Below are positions 39,698-52,267 of a stretch of 64,000 nucleotides of DNA, one piece after another. The first letter of the stretch is position 1; each line of letters begins with the position of its first letter. This DNA comes from Eledone cirrhosa (taxonomy: Eukaryota): NCBI GenBank assembly GCA_964016885.1, contig OZ024741.1:324756001-324820000 (forward strand), given 5' to 3'. The notes under the pieces were generated by a model, which made no database searches, had not been told where the DNA came from, and saw nothing but the letters and a program-made list of their open reading frames with translations. The position numbers and the translations under genes were made by a program.

Positions 39698-40712
39698 ATA
39701 TATCCAGAGAAGACACAGTATATTGTATATGTACTAAATACATATTACAGAGAAGAACATGTATTCAAGATGGAATCAAAGGAGACCTTACGGTGCCATT
39801 TCATTAACTGTAAACTGTGATTTTAAATCAATCTATATGAACGAATATCGATCACAAAACTATCGATTAAGATTAAACCACAGCAGACTCAGAAAACTCG
39901 CCAGAGGTATAGTCTTTAGTATTCTAATGCTCATAAGAGGGTGGCGTTCGTATTCAGATGTTGGGAGAGGTTACTCTTCACATAATAAAATGTATTCATC
40001 CAAATGAACACAACCACAAGGATATGGTCCGAACGTGGAAGAGCCGAACTCCCACTGTCATCGCCTCCATCTCTCTGTATGGGGAGCAAATGGGGGCTCA
40101 CGTGCTGGCCTCCTCACAGCCCCAGCGGACAGAATGGAGAAGGCGTTTCCCCGGAGGATGGTAATGGAGATGCGCTGGAAGAGCCATTCCAACTCGCGAG
40201 GCTCACACCTGCGGCTGGCCAGCTCAGTGCCTATGGTGGTGAATGGAAAAATAGAAGCCAAAAAAAAAATAGGAGCGGAAATTATAGTCACATCAGTTCA
40301 TTCTAGCGGAATGAACGTCCACTGTTTGTTGATGTCTCTTGTCTGGGGGTTTAACGTCATCGTCGTTGTAGCTGTCGTTGTAGTTGCACCATGCGTTTCT
40401 CCAATCAGTTTTTAACATGGTGTGGCGTATTAGACTTCTCTCCAGATATCTGCAAGTATATTACTCAACATAATACTTTTTTTGCTTCTATTTTTCCATT
40501 AGAATGCTAAAGACTATAACTCTGACGAGTTTTCTGAGTCTACTGTGGTTTAATATTAATCGATAGTTTGTGATCGATATCCGTTCACATAGGTCGATTT
40601 TAAATCACAGCTTACAGCTAATAAAATTGTGCCATAAGGTCTATTTTTAAGGTTCTTCTCTGTAATATGTATTTCGTGTATATACAGTAAACTGTGTCTT
40701 CTCTGGATATAT
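39698..40712. repeat. Long diverged inverted repeat (fold-back element), arms ~230 bp
   Basis: 39698-39930 (ATATCCAGAGAAGACACAGT...GTCTTTAGTATTCTAATG) is reverse-complemented at 40497-40712; 40243-40268 at 40477-40500. Confidence 0.8.
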
Positions 40713-40789
40713 ATTGTATTCAGCCATGTAAAGCGATAATTTTTCTTTTTTTTAATTTAGCAAAGCCGACCATTAATCGCTCGTATACA

Positions 40790-40885
40790 GGAAACTGACT
40801 GACCTGTCTGCTGATATGCAAATATGGCTGATCAGTGGATCTGCTAATATGCAGGTCTGACTGATCAGCCAGTCTGTTAATATGC
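40790..40885. repeat. Three ~33-bp tandem repeats containing octamer ATGCAAAT motifs
   Basis: CTGCTGATATGCAAATATGGCTGATCAG / CTGCTAATATGCAGGTCTGACTGATCAG / CTGTTAATATGCAAATCAGGCCGATCAG. Confidence 0.7.
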
Positions 40886-40939
40886 AAATCAGGCCGATCA
40901 GTCACTGTGTATTTTAGAAAATATCATATATTTTCACTA

Positions 40940-41038
40940 GCTCTGACAGTTGGCAGGTGAACAGTGAACTGGACTGATGAAGGGTAATACCCAGAAACAT
41001 TAGTGTCTGCAGTTCTGTTTACATGCCAACACAAGAGC
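40940..41038 (+). ncRNA. Type I hammerhead ribozyme with long stem I
   Basis: GTTGGCAgGTGAACAGtGAACTGgA-CTGATGA-aGGGT aat ACCCa-GAAACA ttag TGTC-TgCAGTTCTGTTTACaTGCCAAC; GUC triplet. Confidence 0.88.
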
Positions 41039-41143
41039 AAGGATGAGGGGTTCATTCTACTGACATGGATTTAAAAAAGAGGCTGTTTGCATTATTGCAA
41101 ACGAATCGAATATTATTATTAATATTCAAAAAACTCAGATTAC

Positions 41144-41202
<59 letters not shown>

Positions 41203-41302
41203 GGTGTGTGTATGTGTGTTGTGTGTGTGCGTGTATGTGTGTTGTGTGCGTGTGTAAAGGATGACAAGAAGTTTCACATGAATGATTTTATTGATTAATA
41301 CC

Positions 41303-41387
41303 AGTTACGAACGTTTCGTAGATGGTTGGCTCAGGGTCCATATTTCTGTTATAGACCCGACTCCAGCATCAATCTGGTCATCAGACT
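41303..41387 (-). ncRNA. Type I hammerhead ribozyme with extended stem II
   Basis: Minus strand: AGT-CTGATGA-ccAGAT...(GGGTCTATA/TATGGACCC hairpin)...ATCTac-GAAACG tt CGTA-ACT, followed by AATAAA. Confidence 0.72.
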
Positions 41388-41584
41388 TATAAAGCGAAAA
41401 CCAAAATTTCATCTCATATATATATATACATATGTATATACATAAACAAGCATTCGTGCATATACATATGTATATCTGTGCGCGCGTGTGCGTGTGCGTG
41501 CGTGTGCGTGCGTGTGTGTGTATATGTGTGTGTGTGTGAATATATTTTTTTATTTTTAATGAAATTATCTGTTTATACATGTAA

Positions 41585-42170
41585 AATCACTTTCGCTGGT
41601 TTGATGCCGAGTGCTGCAAACCTGGAATGAAAATCAGTGCTGTGGAAACTTAGACACTCGTTCTCTCAAGGAATCCTGTGCAGTGTCTTCTACATGTGAA
41701 TGGAGTGCCACTGAAGAAGGTGGAGAAGTTCAAGTATCTCAGGGACGTGTTCTCGGGTGATGGAAGGCAGAAGGCTGAATGAAATGCAGGAATGGCAAGA
41801 GCTGGTGCAGTAATGCGCCAGCTTCAGCGTTCCGTAACCAGAAGACGGTAGGTAGGTGTAGAAGCCAAACTCGCTATCTTAAATTCGGTATTCGTACCAA
41901 TCCTTACCTATGGTCATAAATCTTGGGTAATGACCGAAAGAATACGATCGCGAACACAAGCAGCTCGGATACTATTGGCATGTAGTTAGAATGTCTCAGG
42001 AAAGAATCGCTGGGCAGATTTTATGGGCATAACCAGCCGGCAGGAAACTCAGGGGTAGATCGCGAGCAAGATGGTTGGATAATATCCATGAGCTCGGCTA
42101 GTCTCATTTGGGGGTCCAGCTAGATCAATTGGAAACGGTTGCTTCTGACAGGACTCGCTGGAAGGAATGT
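41585..42170 (+). mobile_element. Decayed RTE-clade LINE 3' fragment (same family as 31868-32135)
   Basis: VEKFKYL, AGAVMRQL, AKLAILNSVFVPILTYGHKSW, RGRSRARWLD in shifting frames. Confidence 0.75.
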
Positions 42171-42804
42171 TTTACCACTCCCAGGGGAGAGAACTCGAGT
42201 TCCACCACATTCAACAGATACGCTTCGTTGTTTCTTCTAGACTTGAAAGACCTCGATAGAAATGTTAAAATGAACCATTCCTCACTCTGCGTGCATATAT
42301 TTCCTTTTCTGTATCCTATTAACTATGTTCCTTGGTGAAGTAGACTACTACTATTTGCTTTTTTTTCTTTTCTTTCACACAACTACACATTTATATTGAA
42401 GGGAGACAACTGGGTTTTAGATTATTTTATCTAAAATATATTCAGTTTTATCGGTCATTACGCTTGTCTTTTGTGCTACTGAGGTTCCACTTATCCTCTT
42501 TACCAGACCAGGGTCTGGTGGGGGAGCCGGTTTAGTTGCTGACCACTCGACCATGATTGCTATTTAAACAATATTAAATATTTACAATCAGAATGTACTA
42601 AAGTTTGTTGTTTTGTTTCTTTTACTTTTTACTATTTTAGAATAAATACACTGTATCCCGTGAGTTGTAAAAAACGACTGAAACAGTGCTTCAAATGTTT
42701 TGTCTCGACCCATGCCAACATGGATAACCAGATGTGAAAACAAAAACATCAATGATTGGAGGTGATTAACTGCAGTAAGAAGCAACACGCTATGATTCGT
42801 TTAT

Positions 42805-43025
42805 CCCTTTAGCATTTACATTGCTCTATATTTACTATTGTATTTTCATGGTAAACACATTATTCCACATAATTATCTCACATAATATCGAATCTATGAG
42901 ATGTTGATATCATTTATTTTGAGAACAATACCTTATAGTCGGTATGAGTGGTCAGTTATAGCCGTTTTGAACAGAAATAGGTGAGAGAGTTCTGGCTGGA
43001 TACGGCCAGTTTAAATGCTAAAGGG
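42805..43025. mobile_element. piggyBac-like non-autonomous element (MITE)
   Basis: TTAT-CCCTTTAGCATTTA ... TAAATGCTAAAGGG-TTAA terminal inverted repeats; related copy at 61195-61414. Confidence 0.75.
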
Positions 43026-43349
43026 TTAAATGTACATAATAACAAATATCTTTTATCATCATTTCATTATCATACTGTTATTTATCACCAAACAACTACT
43101 TTTAAACACATTTCTAACTTTCTGATTTTGACAAGTATTTTCTAGAATAATACTTCTTTCAAATACAAAGCACACAATTAAAATAGAAATCCTTATCACT
43201 GGACTACATTCTTCCAGCAAAACACGGCACTAATCAACCAGCCAAGTCATAATGTCCACTTGAACTTATAACTTGTTGTCTCGTGAAATCTCTGGGTAAG
43301 TCATAGAGTTAGAATCAGCTCAGACAAACAGAACAAAATCCAAACATAA

Positions 43350-44458
43350 TAATTATTTCTACGTTAGGCACAAGGCCAGCAATTATCAGTACATTACTGG
43401 TACTTTATTTTATCGACCCCGTAAGGATGAAAAGCAAAGTTAACCTCGGCGGGATTTGAACTCAGAATGGCAAGAGCCGTAACTCTATGCGTCAAAGCAT
43501 GGCGTCCGACCCTCTACCGATACTGCCAATTCACCTAATAATAATTGTTTCTACGTTTGGCACAAGGCCAGCAATTACCCAGTGCATTACTGGTACTTTA
43601 TTATATCGACCCCGTAAGAATGAAAGGCAAAGTTAACCTCGGCGGGATTTGAACTCAGATTGGCGAGGGCCGTAACTCTAATAATAATGTTTGTTTCTAA
43701 TAGGTACAAGGCCAGCAATTTGAAGAGGAGGGGAATGTTGATTAAATCGACCCAAGTAGTCACTGGTACTTTATTTTATCGAACTCGTAAGGATGAAAGG
43801 CAAAGCTAACGTCGGCAGGATTTGAACTCAGAACGTAAAGAGCCATAACTCTCTGCTGCGAAGCATGGGATTCAACACTCTGCCAATACTGCCAAATCCA
43901 AACATATAATAATTGTTTCTACTTTTGGCACAAGGCCAGCAATTATCCCAGTGTATTACTGGTACTTTATTTTATCAATCCTGTAAGGATGAAAGGCAAA
44001 GTTTACCTTGGTGGGATTTGAACTCATATAATAATTGTTTCTACTTTTGGCACAAGGCCAGCAATTACCCAGTGCATTACTGGTAATGACTGTTTCTAAT
44101 AGGTATAAGGCCAGCAATTTTTCATGGAAGGATAAGTCGATTATATCAACCCAGTACATTACTGGTACTTTATTTTATCGACCCATAAGGATAAAAGTCA
44201 AAGCTAACCTCAGCGGGATTCAAACTCAGAATATAAAGGGTCATAACTCTATGCTACATAGTATGTTGTCATGTTGTCCAATTCTCTACCGATACTGCCA
44301 ATAATAATAATGATTTCTAATTTAAGCACAAGGCCAGCAATTTTCCACAGAAGCATAAGTTGATTATATCAACCCCGGTGTTTAACTGGAATTTTATTTT
44401 ATCGACCCTGGAAGGATGAAAGGCAAAGTTGACCTCAACAGGATTTGAACTCAGAATG
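43350..44458 (-). mobile_element. Head-to-tail array of about 6-7 main-family SINE copies
   Basis: Repeated GGCACAAGGCCAGCAATT...TTTATCGACCCCGTAAGGATGAAAGGCAAAGTTAACCTCGGCGGGATTTGAACTCAG. Confidence 0.88.
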
Positions 44459-44459
44459 T

Positions 44460-45245
44460 TTTTTGGAGTTGGGGGGGGGGGGGCGTTCCCCCTCATCTTC
44501 ACCTTGGGATGAGGAGGAACTAGTCTCTGGGGACTCAGTGTCAGAGAGGAGTGGGAGTCTGTTTATGGGTGTGCGAGCGTTGGTTTGTGTGTGTGTTTGA
44601 AAGAGGAGGAGAGGGAGAGCTTGTCTGGGCAACTCCCTGGGTAGTTTTGGAGGTCCTTGTCAGTGTTGTTGTTGCTGCTGGTGGTGCTGGTGCTGGTGCT
44701 GCTACTTCTACAGTCGCTGCTGCTGGTGCTGGCATTGCTGGTTGTGTGGTTTTACATCCTGGCACTGGTGTTTGCAGCAATGGAGGCTTGCGGCCCCTTG
44801 CATTTTTGAGCTGAGGGAAGAAAGACCACAAATGATTCGTTTCTCCACAGCTGAAACAGTGCAACCTTTTGCCCTCAGTGATTATCTATAGTGCCATCCC
44901 ATTCAGTCATGAATGATGATGAGATTTGCACCTCTGAGGAACAAGTCCAGGTAAGTTTGTTTGTGAAAGATCAGCTGATGCCCATGCATACCAGTCTCCT
45001 CTTTCCATGTCCAAGAGAAAGACAAAGGCTGATCCAGTTTAGCAACAAACTCCCTAACACCTTTAAAAGGGCAGTTAAAAGAGCAGATGAACTCCTCAGA
45101 AACATTCACCATCCACCCCAACTATGAGTTAAATAGCCTCACCAACCCACAATTGGCTACGTATGATGGTTACATATATACCCCTGATATGACCAAAACC
45201 AAACAGAAAACGATGGATGTCAACCAAGGAGAGGTTCTCCCTAAA
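44460..45245 (-). mobile_element. Tx1/L1-like ORF1 relic (gag-like zinc knuckle)
   Basis: EGKRLHCFSCGETNHLW (CX2CX4H) followed by a Pro/Ala/Thr-rich linker. Confidence 0.55.
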
Positions 45246-45281
45246 GGGGTGAGAAGACTCTAGATTGTATTGAATACAATG

Positions 45282-45480
45282 CTTAAACTTGATACTCCAT
45301 TATACAAACCCCTAATATTAGAGGGATTTATATATGATTCTTAAACTTGATATTTTATAATACAAACTCTTAATATTAGAGGGACTTATAAATTACTCTA
45401 AAAACCTGATATTCCATTATACAAACCCCTTTAAACTTAATATTTCATGATACAAATCCCAATAAAAATCTTTAAATTTG
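45282..45480. repeat. Minisatellite, ~57-bp degenerate units
   Basis: CTTAAACTTGATA..CCATTATACAAACCCCTAATATTAGAGGGA recurs 3-4 times. Confidence 0.65.
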
Positions 45481-46878
45481 ATAATAGAAAATATATACAG
45501 AGACATTATTTTTTCTTTTACATAAAAACAAAAAAAAATGCCGTTTTATAAAAGAACAACAGTAAAATAGAAGCTTTAGAATATCATGAAGAACTGTCAA
45601 ACTTTATTGACAAACCTTATAGGAACCCTATTTTTTTCATTAACCATAAGAATATTTTGGGTTCATATGGACCCAGGTTGGAGACTACTGATCTAGAGTT
45701 CTGACCCCATTTTATGAAATATTCCCACAAAATATTTTTAGGTTATGTCTTCTTTTTTTTTTCTAAATTGAAAATCATGTGAAATTTTTTTTGTAAATAC
45801 ACTAATTTTTGTTGTTGTTTTTTTCTTTTTACTAACTACACAGCTAAATTTAGAGGGATTGAAAGGATTGAAGTTGACTATAGTACACCAACCCCATTAT
45901 ATTATCATTGCTGGGACTTATTTTAGTGTCCTCTTTCATCCATAGCAATGAAATGATGTGAAATGAAAAGAAAAACATTAATATCTCCCCTTCTATTACA
46001 CTGAATATACAGAGATAAAAAACAGTTCTTCACTGTATGTCCAAATAAAGTTCAAGATTATATACAAAACAGTATAATTTATACTGTGAAATATGTCCTA
46101 AGATTTCTTTAGGACAGCTAGTACAATGCAAGTTGGAAATGAGAGAGTAAAATACGACAAGCAAAACAGCAGTTTACACTTTTACCTTCTTTTTTATGAT
46201 ATCTCAGAGTAAGAACTCCTTTTGTACAAGAAAGAAATGAAGTGTGGTGTTGAGGGAAAACTGAGCTCCTCTTTGCAGTTATTGAGTAGAAGGGTGGTGA
46301 TATACACAAACTGGTATAGTCACAATAACCTGTCAGATTCATGTAATTCCTGTCTGCTGTTAATGAAAGGTCTGAATCTATTGATTAGTATAGCTGCTTT
46401 CATTTTAAGTTTCCAATGTTGTTTTTTTTTGTGGACTCTACAGTATCTTTTATACTTTGAGTATTACATTCTTGAAAATAATTTTTGATGTGGGAAACCT
46501 TTGTGTGGATGGTTTTGTTAATCCATATGTGTAGTTTAGAGATGGAATTCCAATATATGAACAACCACATTTGTTACATGATGTGAATTAGCTAATATGT
46601 CACCGTCTCTCTCTGACTTAATATCAATGCAGAAGAGTTCAGCCTGCTATCATTATCACAAGCCAACTCCTTATTTTTCTTTTTAAATTGCCATAATATC
46701 GAAATATCATGAAATATAGAGTAAAAGTGTAAACTGTTGTTTTGTTTGTCTTACTCTATTCTATTTTTCACTCCTTTATTTCTAATTAGCATTGTACTAG
46801 CTTTCTCCAAAACAATACTAACCACATATAACAAAACATTATATATATTTATATTTAAAAACTTTCTATTTTTGTTGT

Positions 46879-47735
46879 TCACCCAGTATGTGTCTTTATA
46901 TGTTTTTTTAATAGACAAAAATATGAAAAATGTTTGTCACATATGGCACAGACGTAAGGTTTATCTCAATTGTGTGACTTCATATGACGAAGTAATTGTG
47001 AATTTGCAATGAACCCTTTCTCACACACCCTACATGTGAAAGGTTTCTCTCCTGTATGGGTCCTCACATGTATTTTCAAAAGACACTGTAGTATGAAGTA
47101 TTTTCCACATACATCACACTGAAACTGTTTCTTTATATCATGTTTTCTCATGTGTTTTCTCAAAATAGTATTTGAAAGATAGCTTTGACCACAAATCTCA
47201 CAGGAGAATGGCTTTTCTCCAGTGTGTTTACGCATGTGGAGTGATAATGTGCAGCCCTGAGAAAAGGCTTTCCCACATGTATTGCACTTAAAAGGTTTTT
47301 CACCAGTGTGTGTCCTAACATGTCTTCTTAAGTGTGAGTTAGCAGAAAATCCTTTATTACATATATCACAGCTAAATGGTTTCTCCCCAGTGTGGATCCG
47401 GGTGTGCATTAACAGGTGGGAACCCCTTGTAAAACATTTACCACAGTGCTTGCAACTGAAAGGTCTTTCTCTTGTGTGTGTTCTGATGTGAGTCACCAGG
47501 TGAGAGCTCACAGCAAAGCCTTTTCCACACTGTTCTCACCTGTATGTATTATTTCATGAACTATTAAACAGTATTTCATTGGAAATGTTTTCCCACAAGT
47601 TTCACAATCATAAGTCTCACCATAATGCATCCTCATATGGTTTTTCAACTTGGTCTTCTTAGGGAATTCATCACCACAAAGCTTACATTGGAACACTTTT
47701 TGCTTTTTCACTCCACATACAGAATTCGGAGCTCT
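46879..47735 (-). pseudogene. C2H2 zinc-finger array (about 10 fingers), disrupted by a frameshifting deletion and a premature TGA
   Basis: Repeated CxxC..F...L..H...HTGEKP; junction HTGE-aa|QCGKGF at ~47532 lacks KPFxCx; TGA at 46966-46968 is followed in frame by DKPYVCAICDKHF..HIKTHTG*; pyrimidine-rich acceptor near 47735. Confidence 0.85.
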
Positions 47736-49095
47736 CAATAAAAGAATAAAATCATTTTTTCAACTGAAACCAATTATGGAGTCTCTATGAAAGTCACTTC
47801 AACTCAGAACTGCTTAATGAAGCAACTAAATCTCTTTATATAAATTCCTTACAATCTTTTAATATCAATATCACATGAACAGATCAGAAATATGTACATC
47901 TATTGTGCAGTTACTGAACATGCACATTATTCAATAAGGCACAGGTTTTTCAACAAAGCTGTCCATTGCCATCTTTAACCACTTTAGTGCTTTGACCTTT
48001 TTTACTTTATGCTACACTATAGATTAAGGAGGAGAATTGGCATATATGGAAATATTATGAATTCTCTAAGGTTTCTTTAATCCTGTATCCTATGTACATG
48101 TCAGTGAATTGGAAGAAATGTTAGAACGTTGGATAGAATGTTTTGCAGTATTCATTCTGGCCCTCTTTTCTCTGTGTTCCAAATCCCACTGGCGTCAACT
48201 TTGCCTTTCATCCTATCAAGGTTGATGAAAAAGTACCAATCGAATACTAGGGTTGATTCTTTCTCTATATCTCTTTCTCACTTCCTCTCTCTCTATTCTT
48301 CCCTGGAAAAAATAAATCTCCAGCGTTCAGACCTGGAGAGGGATGGGCTCCGCCAGGTTTTAAAATGCCCTAGAAACGCTGTATGCCACTACAGCACCCT
48401 ACAACTCCCTCAGGAGTTACAGAACCATATTATACAGTACATTATAAGTTAATTGTAAAAACAATAGCAGAGTGTTACATTTTTAGGCCAATTATAACTC
48501 CAGTGTAGTGTTTCAGGCTACATTATCAGTGCTATAAGAGAGAGAATAATGACCACATGTTTTTATATCACCAGAATAAAAGCAAGATGGTCTTTGGATA
48601 AAAATGTTGATACAATGCTTCCTTTGATTGTTTTGTTTGTTTGTTTTTATAATGCTGTAGCTATCCAGATGTCCAGATGTCCTTCAGAAGAGCTAACAAG
48701 AGCTACAACCAATTAACATCAGAATAAAACAATTTCCAGTCACAATATCTTCAATTTTAAATATTCAGCTTCTTTCTTATTTTGATTTCTTTTCTTTTTA
48801 TTTCCAGCAAAAGATTCTGAAGAAGAAAAAAGAAATGAGAATTATGATTTTAAAAAAGTTAACATTTTAATTTTTCTGTTAACTATTTCTTTGTTTTATG
48901 TAGTGGCTTGTAAATACATATATTATTACAATATTTTTTCAATTTGCAAGAAAATTCGTATTTATTGGTATGTTTACGTGCCTACATATTAGATATTTGT
49001 ATATTTATATACACATTGGTGCAGTCTTGATTACCCACTCAGTATGTATACAGATATAAGTTTACAGTACACTTTGGCTGCTAGCACATTTCTTA

Positions 49096-49127
<32 letters not shown>

Positions 49128-49733
49128 CTGTGCGTATGTATAGTGGTAGAACACTGGGAGATTATATCTGCAGTAAGTAGAGCACTCAGTCCATAGGACG
49201 AGTTCGGTAAAAGTTAGTATATATGAAGCTGTAACTTCTGATCAAACACAACCTCTCTCCATGTCTGAACACAGCTGATTTATTCCAGAAATGGAAAGAG
49301 AAAGACAAATAAAAAGGAAGTGAAAAAGATATATAGAGGAAGAATTGACCCCAATATTAGATTGATATTTTTTTTATCAACCTCAGAAGGATGAAAGGCA
49401 AAGTTTATCTCAGCAGAATTTAAACTCAGAGAGCAGAGAACCGTAATACTGCAAAGCATTCTACCCAACATTCTAACAACTCTGCCAATAAGACATTAAC
49501 ATGTTTCTCAGACACTAGGTTCATCAGGCTGTAATTTATTCTAGTTTCACCTGGCGTTAAGTGATGCCAGTTCATCACAAAGTTCAGCCCCAGCTACAGC
49601 TGGAGGTACTCGTTTTTCAGTTGAGCAGGCTGGAGAAATTTGAAATGATGTGCCTTGTTTAAGGATACAACATGCCAGCTGATCAGACAATCGAACCCCT
49701 CAATCTTACAATTGTAAAACCAACATTCTAAAA

Positions 49734-49891
49734 CAGTCATAGGCAAACTGGGGCCCATGAGCCACATGAGGTCCATTCGGCTTTCTGAATGGCACACCTA
49801 ATTTCAAGATTGCCTTGAATTATTTTAGTAGTGTGGCTCACTTAATGATGAACCACATCAGACCACTGTTCGAAAAAGGTTGCCCATGCTG
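49734..49891. mobile_element. hAT/Charlie-like MITE, degenerate
   Basis: CAGTCATAGGCAAACT...GGCCC at one end, AGGTTGCCCATGCTG at the other; TTCTAAA-like flanks on both sides. Confidence 0.5.
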
Positions 49892-50137
49892 GTTCTAAAC
49901 ACTATTTTACCTTCATTAAGGTATTGGAGAAAAGGGTGAGAGATATATTCTGAAAGACCTGAAATGTTGTCAATACAAATGCAGGACCATCACCAAAGGG
50001 TGGCTCTGGATGGCACTGCTCTACACCCCTGCTTTTCAATGGTGTACCGTCAGATTTAGAAAATTTTATATGCAGATGCTTTTGGGTATTTACATGTCTT
50101 TATTTCAGTTATTATCCTTGTATAACAAGGATGCATA

Positions 50138-50468
50138 CTCTTGGGTCCCAAATAATAGGAAGAGTTGGAATAAGTGGAGTGGAGGGAATCGGTAATTTTT
50201 CTAGTTTGTCTCTGTTGATTTTTTTTAAAACCAGAATTAGTCGTTTAGTTTACATATTAAGACTCCCCTCCCCCAACCCGCCTTATTTATTTTCTAACAT
50301 ATGTCATTTCTTGTAATGTACTTTTTTTTACGTATAATGTTTTTTAATGTATAAAGAAATTTAATTGTCACAGGAATGCTACCACCTAAAATAAAATTTC
50401 GTCGAAGATAGATTAGCAAAATTTAATTAGTGGGTGAGGGATGGGGGGCATTATTCGAGACCCGAGAG
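50138..50468. mobile_element. MITE with TA target duplication (Tc1/mariner-like)
   Basis: TA-CTCTTGGGTCCCAAATAAT ... ATTATTCGAGACCCGAGAG-TA inverted termini. Confidence 0.7.
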
Positions 50469-51058
50469 TATATGGAATTGGCAGAGTCGTTAGAATGTCG
50501 CACATAATGCTTTGCTGTATTCGTTCCGGCTCTCTGAGTTCAAACCACTCTACAGTCAACTTTGCCTTTCGTCATTTTGAGGTGAATATAAAATGTACCA
50601 GTCCAATACCAGGGTCGATTCTTCCTCTTTCTCTGGTAGAAATCGGTTGTGTTCAGATCTGGAGTAGAGGATGGGCTCCACCAGGTTTAAAGTGTCGTTG
50701 GTAGTGAAAATGTTGCAAACTACAAGGCTCAGCTGATGCAGTAAAAGTACATGTAATAAATATTATGGGATGTAAATGTCAAAACTGTACAAATTCACTC
50801 GTACTATCAGTAGAGGGCCGGACCCCATGCTTTGCAGCAAAGAGTTACGGCCCTTTATGGTCTGAGTTCAAATCCCGCTGAGGTTAACTTTGCCTTTCAT
50901 CCTTATGGGATCGATAAAATAAAGTACCAATAATGCACTAGGATAATTGCTGGCCTTGTGCCAAAAGCAGAAACAATTATATGGATTGGTCGATATATTA
51001 AATAGATTGATATACAATATAACAACAGAATTATTTCAAAAGTATTCGATATTATGAT

Positions 51059-51304
51059 CAGGGCCGGATTTAATGGGTGGGGGGGACGACAAAGGGGGCA
51101 TTTTCCCAGGGGTCCTTGTAGTGGGGAGGGGGCACCAGCGACGAGCGTAGCGATTTATTTGTGTCATCAGCGGGACTTTTAGTTTTAGGATGGTTTGCAT
51201 TTTTTAATTTAATACATGTATATATAACTTTTCAATGAGGGCCCTGCAAAACCTGAAGTGCCCCCCCCCCCCCCCCCCCCCCCCCCAATCTAAATCTAAC
51301 CCTG
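51059..51304. mobile_element. hAT-like MITE with perfect 8-bp target-site duplication
   Basis: ATTATGAT-CAGGGCCGGATTTA ... TAAATCTAACCCTG-ATTATGAT. Confidence 0.85.
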
Positions 51305-51786
51305 ATTATGATAGAATTACATACACACACATGACTAAATAGAGCGGGTTGTGGATTCCGACACTCAGATTTTCAAAGTAAACGAAAAAAAAAAACATTA
51401 AAATAAATAAATGCTCGCTGTTCGGAAATCTCTCTCTCTCTCACACACGCACACACGCACGCGCACACACTGTTATGTTTTCAAATAAATTTTGAAAATA
51501 ATCAAAAGTTTCGAGAAATTTAGTAATATGAATAAGTTTCTCGCTATGACGCTGGTATTTGGAACATAGCTCAACAAAGGTATTTACATAAAATTACGAT
51601 GAAAGATTTTTCGATATATATATATAAATGGAAAAAATGAAATTTCATTTCTCAGGAAGGTATACGGTACTGATGACAGCTAATAAGCTAGAAACTAGTT
51701 CATCGTTCCTTTGTCAGTGTTGAACAATATATATATAAAATGGAAAACGAAGAATCAGTTATGCATCGGAACTCAATTTATTACGT

Positions 51787-52229
51787 ACTAGCAGAGGTAC
51801 CCGGCGTTGCTCGGGTATTAAATAGCAGTTGTGTATACCATTTATGTCAATACTTCAGTGCTACTTCGAAAACTATACTTTTACAAAATCATCGGCTTTT
51901 TCCAAAAGAGGATTCCTGCCCCCATGGGTCCCCTACTCAATATGTGCCAATTCTGAGAGTTCACATTCATCTGTAGGACAAACGTAGCCCATGTGTCAAG
52001 TTTTGTGAAAATCGGTTGCGAACTCCAGAAGTTATGACGTTTTGTTGCATTGCACTGCAGTTCTTCAGTCGACTCCAAGGAAGTGGTTAAAGGGGGTTAT
52101 CTGCCGGGAGGCCCTATAATCAATATCTGCAAAAATGAAAGTGCCCATGACCATCCAGAGTTCATAAGTAACCTGTCTTAAGTTTGGTGAAAATACTATA
52201 GAAATGCATAAGGTTTATACACGCGCGCG

Positions 52230-52267
<38 letters not shown>

